Source: an uncultured Rhodospirillaceae bacterium | Lineage (GTDB): Bacteria > Pseudomonadota > Alphaproteobacteria > UBA6615 | Reading direction: 5' to 3' | Assembly: GCA_964530225.1 (NCBI GenBank) | Contig: CAZHBA010000049.1 | Coordinates: forward strand, 847 to 64,846 | DNA: 64,000 nt | Part shown: piece by piece, positions 1-9,689 of the stretch | Layout: every line of letters begins with the position of its first letter | How positions within the stretch are numbered: the stretch's first letter is position 1 | Program-made: the position numbers and the translations under genes | The notes under the pieces: generated by a model | The model's database searches: none | What the model saw: the letters and a program-made list of their open reading frames with translations, nothing else | What the model was told of the DNA's origin: nothing

Positions 1-743
1 TGGTCGACGTCTTTGAGTTGTACCCGGGCCGGGCCCCCAGGCTCGAACATGCGTTCGACCATGCGCCCACCGTGGAGGTCAAGGACCCGCGATTCCGCAA
101 ATCCGCCCTGCAACGCTTCGCGCACCTTGCTGGGATCGACGCCGGAACGTTGAGCCAAGGTCAGGCCTTCGGCGACGGCGGCAAGCGTCACCGCGACGAT
201 CGCCTGATTGGCTGTTTTCGCCACCTGTCCGGCGCCTATATCGCCAATATGGGTGATGTTGCGGCCCAGCACTTCGAATATGGGTCGCACCCGCTCTAGT
301 TCCTCGGCGGTGCATCCGGCCATGATCGACAGTGATGCCTGTTCGGCCCCCACTTGGCCGCCGGAGACCGGCGCGTCGATATAGGTACAGCCGGTGTCGC
401 CAACCTCCCCGGCCCATTTGCGGGTTTCGCGTACCTTAGTGGTCCCCATATCGATGACGGTCTTACCGGGCGATAAGCCGGCGATGACGCTATCGGGGCC
501 GTGCAACACATTGTCCACTGCCACAGTATCGGTCACCATGATGATGATGGTGTCGGCGGTACTGGCGACCTTGCGCGGATTATCGGCGGGGGTCAAACCT
601 TCTCCGGCCAGTTCGTCGACCGGGCCGGGACTGCGGCTAGCCACCGTGACGGACGCACCTGCCTTGTACAGATTGCGGGCCATCGGCTTACCCATATGGC
701 CGAGGCCGATCAGACCGATTTTCCATCTGTTCACGTTCACCAT
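1..743 (-). CDS. 3-hydroxyisobutyrate dehydrogenase / 2-hydroxy-3-oxopropionate reductase family NAD-binding oxidoreductase. C-terminus lies beyond the window start.
   Basis: Manual minus-strand translation from ATG at 743-741: MVNVNRWKIGLIGLGHMGKPMARNL (Rossmann GxGxxG), DAPVSGG, GDIGAGQVAKTANQ motifs typical of the MmsB/GarR 6PGDH-like family. RBS-like GGAGA lies upstream. The frame stays open to position 1, which is why it is absent from the ORF track. Confidence 0.8.
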   Translation of the reverse strand, partial: MVNVNRWKIGLIGLGHMGKPMARNLYKAGASVTVASRSPGPVDELAGEGLTPADNPRKVASTADTIIIMVTDTVAVDNVLHGPDSVIAGLSPGKTVIDMGTTKVRETRKWAGEVGDTGCTYIDAPVSGGQVGAEQASLSIMAGCTAEELERVRPIFEVLGRNITHIGDIGAGQVAKTANQAIVAVTLAAVAEGLTLAQRSGVDPSKVREALQGGFAESRVLDLHGGRMVERMFEPGGPARVQLKDVD

Positions 744-770
744 GTTCGTAGTCTCCGGCGTAGCGGGGTT

Positions 771-1175
771 TTAGGGAACGGCGAAGCGCGCCGCCGCGCC
801 GCGCTCGATGGCGGCGGCGTTGAGGCGGTCGATATCGAGCGAAAAGCGCATCATCTCGAGCAGGCGTAATTCTTCTTGCGTTGCTGTTCCGTCAGAGGCA
901 ATCACGTCACAGGCCAACGCGTAGGCGGTTTCGCGCAAGCGGTCGGGTAGCGTCTCGTGCATCTCATCGAACGCTTTTTCCAAGCCATCTTCGTCGGCCA
1001 GAAGAGCGGCGCAGTCGTTCGTGATATTCGGTAATCGCCCAAGATCGAACGAGGCGAATACCGGCAACAGGCTGACGATTTCGCTAATCCGGGCCAATTC
1101 GGAATCGGTCATGTCGCTATCTGCCGCCGACGCTATAACCATGGCGTAGATGAGTGCCGCTTGGTGATCGATCAT
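771..1175 (-). CDS. TerB-family (tellurite-resistance-like) small protein
   Basis: 134-aa ORF with acidic D/E-rich TerB-like helices (DSDMTDSELARISEIV, DEDGLEKAFDE). High GC3 coding signature. Confidence 0.5.
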   Translation of the reverse strand: MIDHQAALIYAMVIASAADSDMTDSELARISEIVSLLPVFASFDLGRLPNITNDCAALLADEDGLEKAFDEMHETLPDRLRETAYALACDVIASDGTATQEELRLLEMMRFSLDIDRLNAAAIERGAAARFAVP

Positions 1176-1249
1176 TTTGATTTCCTTGGCTTGAGTGCCG
1201 GGGGGATAAAGCCGCCTCGTGGCCCCACCGTCAAGCGATGGCGAAAAAT

Positions 1250-4021
1250 TTAGCCTGCACTGGCGAAAAACGCCGTTGTCTCTTCGATCGCCTCGACCAA
1301 ACCGATACGCTGCGCCTCGACGCCGTCTGGAAATGCGCCCAGGAGGCGCGACGGTATGGCGCTATCGAGGATGACGAAAATACCCCGATCGCTGTCGCGG
1401 CGAATTAGGCGCCCGTAGGCCTGCGACAGGCGTAAGCGGGTTTGCATGTCGTCGTAGACGCGGCCGCCGAATTCTTCGCGCCTTGCCTTATGGAGAATGG
1501 TCGGGCGCGGCCACGGGACGCGGTCGAACGCCAGCAAGCGTAGCGAAGCTCCGGGCACATCGACGCCGTCGCGCACCGCATCGGTACCCAGCAGGCAGGA
1601 GTCTGCTTCGGCACGGAAGATATCGATTAGGGTCGCCACGTTCAGGGCGTCGACGTGCTGGGCATAGAGCTGTAAGCCGGCATCGTCCAGCGGCGTGGCG
1701 ATGCTGGCGTGTACCTGACGTAGCCGCACGATCGAGGTGAATAGTCCCAGGCCGCCGCCGCCGGATGCCAAGAACAACTCGCGCAGCGCCGCGGCCACCT
1801 GGTCGGGTTCGTTGCGTTGGACGTCGGTGACGATCAAAGCCCGTGTTTGTTTGGCGTAATCGAACGGCGAGGCGACACGGGCACGGATCGCTGGCGCCGG
1901 TAGGTGGATCGCCCCGGTTTGGCGCTTGGCGGTGTGCCAGTCTTGCTCCACGTCGCCGCTGCGCCCGGTCAGGGTGGCCGAGGTGACCAGGACGCCGTGC
2001 GCCCGGCTGGCGATCGATTCGGCGAACGGAATCGTCGGGTCGACCCAGTGACGGAACATGCCGGCGTCGAAATCGTGGCCGTCGATGCGGTCGACGGCAA
2101 ACCAGTCGACGAAAATCTCAGGTGTTGACCCATCCAGCGTGCCGAGCATGCTGATCCAACCAGAGATGAGTATTTCGCCGCGCCGCGCCAGCGCTCGGCA
2201 GATCGCCTCGATGCGTGTTCGCGTGGCGCTGTCGAGTTCGTCGGCGTCCACATCGAGGCGGTGGCGTAAGCGGTCGCGCAGCTGTAGCAGCGGGTGCACC
2301 AGCCGCGCCAAGCTATCGGCCAGTTCGTGTCCAGCCTCGCTGACCGCGTGTTCCAGCGGATGCACGTTGGTCTCTAGGCTATAGAAACTGTGCTGCGTGC
2401 TGGTGCGGGCGTAGACTTGTTGACGCAACGCGCTCAAAAACGCCTCCGCTGGGCCCTGGGGATTGGATTCGCCGAGCCGCGTCGCCCAACCCGGTGCGGG
2501 TAGGTTACCGGCCTCGGTCAGGGCGGTAGCAAGGGCCTCGTGGGCGGTGTCGTCGTCGGCAGCGATCAGGTCGCTGGCGCGTTCGCGCAGGCCACGGGCG
2601 CGGCCGCCGGAACGCTGGCGGCTGCCCTCCGGCCCCAGCAACCAGCGCCGCAATTCGGCGGTCTCCTGACCCGACAAGTGGCCGCCGAAGGCCGAGTCGG
2701 CAGCGTCGAACAGATGGTGGCCCTCGTCGAAGACGTAGCGGGTGGGCAGGCGGTCGTCATCGTCGCCGAGCGCGGCCTGGATCATCACTAGCGCATGGTT
2801 GGCGACCACCAAATCGGCGCGCTGGGCCCGGCGCACGCTGTGTTCGATATAGCATTTCGAATAGTGCGGGCAGGCGGAATAAATGCACTCGCCGCGCCGG
2901 TCGGACAGCGACAACGTTGCTTCTGATCCCACCAGATCGACGAGCCAGGCGGGAAAATCGCCGCCGAAATCACCGTCGCGGGTTGCCGCCGCCCAGCGGG
3001 CCAGCAAGCCGAGCCCGATTGCGTCGCGCGGCCGCAAGGCGAGATAGCACCCCACCGCTTCCTCCATGTTGAGCAGGCACAAATAGTTTTCGCGGCCCTT
3101 ACGGATGACCACCTTGGCCGCCTTCAACTGAGGATCAGGATAGAGGTGGTCGAGTTCCTGGTCGATCTGGCGCTGCAAGTTGCGGGTGTATGTGCTGATC
3201 CAGACGGGCCCGCCATTACGCTCAGCCCACAGGCTCGCCGGGGCGATGTAACCCAGGGTCTTACCGGTGCCGGTGCCGGCCTCGGCGAGGACGAAGTTTG
3301 GTGTTTCAGGTGCCGGCCGGGGTGCAAACATGGCGCTAACCGCGGATGCGTAGTCGGCCTGCATGGGACGGGGCTCGGCGTCGGCACCAAGCAGCTCGGC
3401 GAGGCGCTGGCGGGCCTCGCCGGATTCAACCGGTTCGTCACCCGTTGGCGTTTCCGGCGCCATCTCGGCCCATTTGGGAAGCTTGCGCCAAACCGCCAAG
3501 GTGCCCGAGGTGCCAGCGGCGTCCTTGGGCAGGGCATCCGCCTTAAGTGTTTGCAACATGATCGGACCCCATAACCATCCGGCACGCGTCATGTCGCGAG
3601 CGACCGCTACGGCGTCGTCGTAGCCGCTGGCGTCACTGGCGATCTCCGTCAGTAGTTGGCCCGCCACTGTGTGCAGCAAGGGTGTCGGCGCCTGGTCTGC
3701 GGCGAGGCCCAGCGTGCGGGCGACCCCTTGTAAGGTGGGCAGGGTGAACTGCGCCGGTCGCACGAAGGCGAACAGCTCCAATATGTCGTAGCAGGCCAGA
3801 TGATCGCAGTCTAACCGGCGCGCCACCGAGGGCGCGTGGCATAGCAGCGGCGGCACCGCCTTGATGCGCCGCGCTACCTCGTCGAAAGCGAGGGTTTCCG
3901 GCGCATCATCCGCTGCCGCCCAAATAGCGTTGGTGCGCGAAATATGGACGGCCGCCAGCGGCAGCAGCATTGCCGGGGTATCAGGCATAACTGGCGCCAA
4001 AGTGGGGGAATCTTGGCTCAT
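1250..4021 (-). CDS. dinG: ATP-dependent DNA helicase, DinG/Rad3 family (Fe-S helicase) with ~230-aa N-terminal extension
   Basis: 923 aa. Walker A AEAGTGTGKTLGYI, DEAH-like box FDEGHHL, and a Cys cluster CIYSACPHYSKCY typical of the Rad3/DinG Fe-S domain. Confidence 0.8.
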   Translation of the reverse strand: MSQDSPTLAPVMPDTPAMLLPLAAVHISRTNAIWAAADDAPETLAFDEVARRIKAVPPLLCHAPSVARRLDCDHLACYDILELFAFVRPAQFTLPTLQGVARTLGLAADQAPTPLLHTVAGQLLTEIASDASGYDDAVAVARDMTRAGWLWGPIMLQTLKADALPKDAAGTSGTLAVWRKLPKWAEMAPETPTGDEPVESGEARQRLAELLGADAEPRPMQADYASAVSAMFAPRPAPETPNFVLAEAGTGTGKTLGYIAPASLWAERNGGPVWISTYTRNLQRQIDQELDHLYPDPQLKAAKVVIRKGRENYLCLLNMEEAVGCYLALRPRDAIGLGLLARWAAATRDGDFGGDFPAWLVDLVGSEATLSLSDRRGECIYSACPHYSKCYIEHSVRRAQRADLVVANHALVMIQAALGDDDDRLPTRYVFDEGHHLFDAADSAFGGHLSGQETAELRRWLLGPEGSRQRSGGRARGLRERASDLIAADDDTAHEALATALTEAGNLPAPGWATRLGESNPQGPAEAFLSALRQQVYARTSTQHSFYSLETNVHPLEHAVSEAGHELADSLARLVHPLLQLRDRLRHRLDVDADELDSATRTRIEAICRALARRGEILISGWISMLGTLDGSTPEIFVDWFAVDRIDGHDFDAGMFRHWVDPTIPFAESIASRAHGVLVTSATLTGRSGDVEQDWHTAKRQTGAIHLPAPAIRARVASPFDYAKQTRALIVTDVQRNEPDQVAAALRELFLASGGGGLGLFTSIVRLRQVHASIATPLDDAGLQLYAQHVDALNVATLIDIFRAEADSCLLGTDAVRDGVDVPGASLRLLAFDRVPWPRPTILHKARREEFGGRVYDDMQTRLRLSQAYGRLIRRDSDRGIFVILDSAIPSRLLGAFPDGVEAQRIGLVEAIEETTAFFASAG

Positions 4022-4607
4022 GGCCCAACCTTAGCGGGGATGCACGATTAGTCGCTAAAACTTTCGTCAAGTTTTGGCCAATCAAGGGCAAAAGTCTAAG
4101 CGATCCTGCGTGACTTTCCCCCTATGGCCGGTATCCTCTGTGCTGTAAAAGTTTATTCAGGTATGTACGGACAGGCGTGGAGGCTTGCTAGTACTCGGCC
4201 AGTTTTCATGCTGTTTTTCGGGTAGGAGTACCTATTTATGGCTGTAATACCTAGTGGTCCCGTATCAACCTTCGTTCTCGATGCGTCACCGTGGCCGACG
4301 CCTGAACCACCAACCGCAATGCAAGCGGATAACCCGAGCGAGGCGGTAACGCCACCTTCGACGGGTACTGCTGTGTTGCCGGAACAGCCGCGCGACCAGC
4401 ACGTCGATATATCGGTCTAATCGGGTCCGCCCGGCATTTGCCGGGCAATATATAAATACAGATCAACCGCTACGTGGTTGCCCGCGCGTACGGTTGATTC
4501 TGTTTTGCGCCCCGCCAATTTGACTGGCGGCAACAGAATTTATTCCAATTTACCGCAATAGGCTCTAGGGTCCGCCCGCATTCAAACTGACTGGTGATTT
4601 GGGGTAG

Positions 4608-6209
4608 ATGACGGTGGAACGCGAATTGGCGGGTGAGGCCCGGGCGTGGCCATTCGAGGAGGCGCGCGCGATTATCAAACGCATTGGTGGCGCCGAAACG
4701 AACCAGGTGCCCGACAAGGGTTACGTGCTGTTCGAGACTGGCTACGGGCCGTCTGGCCTGCCCCATATCGGCACCTTCGGCGAGGTGGCGCGTACCACCA
4801 TGGTGCGCCGCGCGTTCGCTACGCTGTCGGATATTCCGACCCGCCTGATCGCCTTTTCTGACGATTACGACGGGTTGCGCAAGGTGCCCGACAACATACC
4901 CAACGGTGAAGCACTGGAACCGCATTTGGGTAAGCCACTGACCGCAGTACCCGATCCGTTTGACACTCATGATAGCTTCGGCGCCCACAACAATGCGCGC
5001 CTGCAGGCGTTCCTCGACCAGTTCGAGTTTGACTATGAATTTTTCAGTTCGACCAAGTGCTACAGCGACGGCCTGTTCGACGAGACGCTGTTGAGCCTGC
5101 TGGCTCACTACGACTCGGTGATGGAGGTAGTTCTACCGACCCTGGGCCAGGAGCGGCAGGCGACCTATAGCCCGTTCCTGCCGATCTGTCCGCGCACCGG
5201 TGTTGTGCTGCAGGTGCCGATGGAGGAGGTCAAGCCGGGTGACGGCACTGTCGTCTACCGCGACCCAGGGACCGATGCGTTCACCGAAACCCCGGTCACA
5301 GGAGGGCATTGCAAGCTGCAATGGAAAGCCGACTGGGCGATGCGCTGGACGGCGCTCGCCGTCGACTACGAAATGTCGGGCAAGGATTTGATCGAGTCGG
5401 TGAAGCTGTCGAGTAAGATTGCGCGCATCCTTGGCGCGCGGCCGCCCGAGGGGCTGACCTACGAGCTATTCCTTGACGAAAATGCAGAAAAGATATCCAA
5501 GTCACGCGGTAACGGCCTGACCATCGACGAGTGGCTGACCTACGGCCCGCCGGAGAGCCTGTCGCAGTTTATGTTCAACAAGCCGAAGACCGCCAAGCGG
5601 CTCTATTTCGACGTCATTCCCAAGTCGGTCGACGAATATCTCGGCAATGTGGCGCGTTTCCATAAACAGGAACCCGCCGACCGCCTGCAGAACTCGGTGT
5701 GGCACATCCATGGCGGTGCGGTGCCGAAGATCGAGATCGATATTTCCTTCGGCGTGCTGCTAAATCTCGCCTGCGCCTGCAATACCGAGGATCCGGCGGT
5801 GCTGTGGGGCTTCATCGCCCGCTATGCGCCGGGCGCCACACCGGCCAGCGATCCGCTACTCGACCGCTTAGTCGTCCACGCGCTGGCCTTCTACCGCGAT
5901 TTCGTCAAGTCGGCGAAGAACTATCGTGACCTCGACGACCGCGAACGCGTGGCGATGGCAGAGCTTGCCGACCGCATCGACGCGCTCGCTGCCAATCCCG
6001 ACGCGGAGACCATTCAGAACGAGGTCTATGCCGTCGGCAAGGCGCACGAGTTCGAGCCGTTGCGCGATTGGTTCAAGGCGCTCTACGAAGTGCTATTCGG
6101 TGAAAGTCAAGGTCCGCGCTTCGGTTCCTTCGCCGCGCTTTATGGTGCGCCCGAGACGGTCGCCCTGATCCGCCGTGCGCTGGCCGGTGAGGACCTGGCG
6201 GCGGGGTAG
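4608..6209 (+). CDS. lysK: lysine--tRNA ligase, class I
   Basis: 533 aa with class I signatures PHIGTF (HIGH motif) and KISKSRGNG (KMSKS motif). The length matches class I LysRS as found in alphaproteobacteria, spirochaetes and archaea. Confidence 0.9.
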   Translation: MTVERELAGEARAWPFEEARAIIKRIGGAETNQVPDKGYVLFETGYGPSGLPHIGTFGEVARTTMVRRAFATLSDIPTRLIAFSDDYDGLRKVPDNIPNGEALEPHLGKPLTAVPDPFDTHDSFGAHNNARLQAFLDQFEFDYEFFSSTKCYSDGLFDETLLSLLAHYDSVMEVVLPTLGQERQATYSPFLPICPRTGVVLQVPMEEVKPGDGTVVYRDPGTDAFTETPVTGGHCKLQWKADWAMRWTALAVDYEMSGKDLIESVKLSSKIARILGARPPEGLTYELFLDENAEKISKSRGNGLTIDEWLTYGPPESLSQFMFNKPKTAKRLYFDVIPKSVDEYLGNVARFHKQEPADRLQNSVWHIHGGAVPKIEIDISFGVLLNLACACNTEDPAVLWGFIARYAPGATPASDPLLDRLVVHALAFYRDFVKSAKNYRDLDDRERVAMAELADRIDALAANPDAETIQNEVYAVGKAHEFEPLRDWFKALYEVLFGESQGPRFGSFAALYGAPETVALIRRALAGEDLAAG

Positions 6210-6213
6210 TCGC

Positions 6214-7068
6214 CTATGATTTCGAGTGCGCGAAATCCCAGTAGAGATCGCGGGTACGCCGGTAGACTGGCCCTGGTTGCAGGTCGCGGTCCTCGTAGCG
6301 GATTACCGGCTGTACCTTGCCGTAATTGCCGGTATTGAATATCTCGGCGGCCTCGAGAAGTTCCTCGGTACGCACTGTACGCTCGATGACTGACATGCCG
6401 TCGGCACGCATTAGTTCGATTAACCGCTGCCGAGTGATCCCGTTCAAAAAAGAACCGTTCGGTACCGGCGTGATGGCAACGCCGTCCCTGACGATCCAAA
6501 TGTTAGAGGTGGCGAACTCGGCGACGTGGCCCAGCCCGTCGCGCATCACCGGGTTCTGGTAACCGCGGTTGCGCGCTTCGATCAGGGCGCGCGAGCTGTT
6601 AGGGTAGTGGCACGACGCCTTGGCGCCGGTTGGCGCGGTTTCCGGACCGGGCCGCCGGTAGCTGCTGAGACAGCATGAAAACCCGGAGCCGGTTGGCATC
6701 GCCGCTTCGAAAATGGTCAGCGCGAACTTAGTACTTTCGGGGTCGGGCACCAGCACGTCGAGCGCGGCATCGGCCCAGAACATTGGCCGGATATAAAGCG
6801 CGCTGTCCGGCGCGAACCGTTTGATCCCGTCGAGGGCGATTTCCTCAATCTCACCGGTGCTCAGCACTGGCTCCATGTTCATGACCTTGGTCGAGTCGAT
6901 AACGCGCTGGCAGTGACGGTCGAGATCGGGGGTGACCCCCTCGAAGGCACGGGCGCCATCGAAGGCGATCGAGCCGAGCCAGATGGCGTGGGAATCGGCA
7001 CCAATCAGCGGCACGTTACCCTCTACCCAATCTCCGTCGACATATGTCTTTGAAGCCATCGTCTGCAA
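6214..7068 (-). CDS. ilvE: branched-chain/D-amino-acid aminotransferase (class IV PLP fold)
   Basis: 284 aa with class IV aminotransferase-like architecture (ALYIRPMFWADAA, NIWIVRDGVAITPV, GITRQRLIEL). Confidence 0.75.
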   Translation of the reverse strand: MQTMASKTYVDGDWVEGNVPLIGADSHAIWLGSIAFDGARAFEGVTPDLDRHCQRVIDSTKVMNMEPVLSTGEIEEIALDGIKRFAPDSALYIRPMFWADAALDVLVPDPESTKFALTIFEAAMPTGSGFSCCLSSYRRPGPETAPTGAKASCHYPNSSRALIEARNRGYQNPVMRDGLGHVAEFATSNIWIVRDGVAITPVPNGSFLNGITRQRLIELMRADGMSVIERTVRTEELLEAAEIFNTGNYGKVQPVIRYEDRDLQPGPVYRRTRDLYWDFAHSKS

Positions 7069-7173
7069 ATGTCCTTCGATTCTGACGTCGGTGATTCTGC
7101 TGCAAGCATAGCGTTAAGTCGGGGTGCCAGTCTGCCCCTTTACCAACCCCGGTGCGAACCTCATATTGCCGGT

Positions 7174-7788
7174 ATGCCAATTTTGAAAATTGCCCGTATG
7201 GGCCATTACATTTTGAACCAAAGAGCCGACGAGGTTGCCGACCCGACGGTGCCCGATGTGGCCCGGTTGGTTGCCGCCATGGTCGAGACCATGGAAGACG
7301 CCGACGGCACTGGATTAGCGGCGCCGCAGGTACACATGCCGTGGCGGATTGTGGTCTACAAGGTGATAGCGGAACGCGCCAGGGCCGAGATCGGCGCTGA
7401 GGCTAATGACTGGGACGATGAAGGTGCTGCGAGCCGCGAGGTGCCGACGACGGCTATGATCAATCCGGTGGTCGAGCCGTTGGGCGAGGACACAAATATG
7501 GGCTTCGAGGCCTGCCTCTCGGTGCCCGATATGGTGGGGCCGGTGCGCCGCTTCAACAAAGTTCGCGTGACCTACCAGACTCTCGACGGTGAAACCGTGG
7601 AGTGCGAGGCTGAAAGTTTCCACGCCCGGGTCATCCAGCACGAATGCGATCATCTGGACGGTATTCTCTATCCCATGCGCATCGAGGACATGTCGCAATT
7701 CGGTTATGTTGACGAGCTGCGCAAGCGCACCGGTGCGGCGGAGGGCGAGGACGAAGAAGAGGTGAGCAATGCGGCGGCAGATGACTGA
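7174..7788 (+). CDS. def: peptide deformylase
   Basis: All three PDF motifs are present: GLAAPQV, EACLSVPD (EGCLS) and QHECDHLDG (HEXXH). The ORF track starts at 7069, abutting ilvE. The internal ATG at 7174 (MPILKIARMGH) matches the canonical PDF N-terminus. Acidic C-terminal tail. Confidence 0.85.
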   Translation: MPILKIARMGHYILNQRADEVADPTVPDVARLVAAMVETMEDADGTGLAAPQVHMPWRIVVYKVIAERARAEIGAEANDWDDEGAASREVPTTAMINPVVEPLGEDTNMGFEACLSVPDMVGPVRRFNKVRVTYQTLDGETVECEAESFHARVIQHECDHLDGILYPMRIEDMSQFGYVDELRKRTGAAEGEDEEEVSNAAADD

Positions 7789-8443
7789 GTATCTGGTGAC
7801 CGAACGTCGGGCGATTCTCGACAAGGCGCTCGCCCATGTGCCGTTCGACGGCTGGACCGACCGTTCGTTGCGCCAGGGCGCTGCCGAGGCGGGCCTTGAT
7901 GACATGATGTTGCAGCGCGCCTTTCCGTGCGGTGCAGCCGACGCTATCGTATTCTGGAGCACCGAAAGCGACTGCGCGCTGGCTGCCGCGCTGGCTGCGC
8001 AGAATATCGACGAGCTTAAGGTGCGGGAACGCATCGCTGCCGCAGTGCGCTGGCGGTTGGAACATCTGGCGCCGCACCGCGAAGCTGTACGCCGGGCGCT
8101 AAGCTATTTTGTGCAGCCGCAGCATGTACGCCTGGGCACGCGCTGTCTCTACAACACCGTCGACAAGATGTGGCACGCCGCCGGCGACACCGCGACCGAT
8201 TTCAACTTCTACACCAAGCGCGGCCTGTTAGCGGGCGTCTACACCAGCACTCTGCTGTTTTGGCTCGACGACGAGTCGGAAAACTATGCGGCGACCTGGG
8301 CGTTCCTAGACCGCCGTATCGCGGACGTCCTGCGCATCCCGCAAGTGTCGGAGCGGCTAGGCAAACTTTCCTCGGGCATCCCCCGGCCGCGTCGCTTCGT
8401 GCAGCGCGTGCGCGAAAATCTGCGCGAGGGCGACCGTGTCTAG
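7769..8443 (+). CDS. COQ9-family protein (rpsU-divergently-transcribed-protein type, ubiquinone biosynthesis-associated)
   Basis: 224 aa. The C-terminal segment FYTKRGLLAGVYTSTLLFWLDDESENYAATWAFLDRRI resembles the COQ9 lipid-binding domain. Overlaps the def stop by 20 nt; an alternative in-frame ATG at 7781 gives an ATGACTGA-type overlap. Confidence 0.5.
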   Translation: MRRQMTEYLVTERRAILDKALAHVPFDGWTDRSLRQGAAEAGLDDMMLQRAFPCGAADAIVFWSTESDCALAAALAAQNIDELKVRERIAAAVRWRLEHLAPHREAVRRALSYFVQPQHVRLGTRCLYNTVDKMWHAAGDTATDFNFYTKRGLLAGVYTSTLLFWLDDESENYAATWAFLDRRIADVLRIPQVSERLGKLSSGIPRPRRFVQRVRENLREGDRV

Positions 8444-8450
8444 GTTGGCG

Positions 8451-9653
8451 TTATGCCGGCGCGGCCTGCCGAATGACGCGCCCAGCAACCTTCAGGCTTT
8501 GCACGGAATCGCTGGCCAGGTGGCTCCAGATGTAGGTGTCGCGTGCTAGCTTTTCGGCTAGAGGGTCCATGGGTGCGCCAGCGTAGTCATGGATTTCCAT
8601 ATTGAGCTCGGCCACCTCCTGGATTAAGCCGGTCGACAGATTCATCGCCAAACCGGCGTTGGTCGAATGGACCTTCTGATCGTGTTCCCACGCCACGCGC
8701 ATTACAAATGAGCGCAGCGCCTCAGTGAGCATTTTCATACGCCCAATTTTTAGTTGGATAAGCTGTTGGTCCATCAGCGGTTTACCCCCCGAGATGTGAG
8801 TGTGGGCAAGGGCAATCGCTTGCTCGCAGGCGGCATCGCAGATGCCTAACCCGTTGGCGGTAAGCTCGAGGTCGCCAAACATGTCGCCCGATGATTCGCC
8901 CTCACTTCTGGCCAGGGCGCCGTTGGTCTCGCCGATCTGGTTGGCGACGGGCACGCGCGCGTTCTGGAAAACCATTTCGCCGTTCTGATAGAAGCGCCAA
9001 CCGCTTTTGTTATACACCTTGCCACTGCTGAAGCCGGGCGTGTCGGCGGATACCAGCAGCATCGTGCAGCCCTTGGTGAAATGCACCGAGGGGTCGGTTC
9101 GCACGATCAAAAAGAACGCTTTGGCGATATGGGCGTTGGCGATGAACTGCTTCTCACCGTTGAGCATCCAGTGGTCGCCATCGAGTTCGGCGCGCAGGCG
9201 CGTGCCCACCTTGGGGTCGTCGCCCGGTGGCGGTAGGCGGGTGTCGGAGCCGCTGTTGGCCTCGGTCTGGCCGGAACCCAGCACGAACGTATCGTCGGCA
9301 AGGAACGGCTTGAGGAAACGGTCGCGCTGATCCTCGGTGCAGGCGGCGGCGATCAGGTGGCTCCACTTCCAGCACTGGCTGAAGGTTTTCGACGTGGCGC
9401 TGTCGGCCTTGGCCAGTTCCGCCATCACTAGGGCCTGGGTGACGAAGTCGATGCCGTGCCCACCCCTATCTTTGGCCACCACGGCGGTACGGAAGCCCAG
9501 CTTCGAGCCTTTCTTGATCAACTCCCAGTCTATGGTATCAGCCGGGTTGGCGATACGATCTCGCTTCAGAGAGACTGGTTTAATTTCCTCATCAGCGAAC
9601 CTCCGCGCCTTCATCTGCCAGGCACTTTGTTCTTCGTTCAGCGAAAAATCCAT
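8451..9653 (-). CDS. acyl-CoA dehydrogenase family protein (partner 2 of a tandem pair)
   Basis: 400 aa with the ACAD N-terminal, middle beta-barrel and C-terminal helical domains recognisable. The position equivalent to the MCAD catalytic Glu (YEG) reads LAS (Ala). Confidence 0.8.
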   Translation of the reverse strand: MDFSLNEEQSAWQMKARRFADEEIKPVSLKRDRIANPADTIDWELIKKGSKLGFRTAVVAKDRGGHGIDFVTQALVMAELAKADSATSKTFSQCWKWSHLIAAACTEDQRDRFLKPFLADDTFVLGSGQTEANSGSDTRLPPPGDDPKVGTRLRAELDGDHWMLNGEKQFIANAHIAKAFFLIVRTDPSVHFTKGCTMLLVSADTPGFSSGKVYNKSGWRFYQNGEMVFQNARVPVANQIGETNGALARSEGESSGDMFGDLELTANGLGICDAACEQAIALAHTHISGGKPLMDQQLIQLKIGRMKMLTEALRSFVMRVAWEHDQKVHSTNAGLAMNLSTGLIQEVAELNMEIHDYAGAPMDPLAEKLARDTYIWSHLASDSVQSLKVAGRVIRQAAPA

Positions 9654-9689
9654 AGTGACTTCCTTATCGTCTTATTTTTTGGGCCGGAA

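Noticed and set aside
4470-5108. 212-aa minus-strand ORF
   Set aside because: Antisense within the class I lysS coding region. No homology.
7315-8034. 239-aa minus-strand ORF
   Set aside because: Overlaps def and the COQ9-like gene in antisense. It has no motifs, whereas def has all three PDF motifs on the plus strand.
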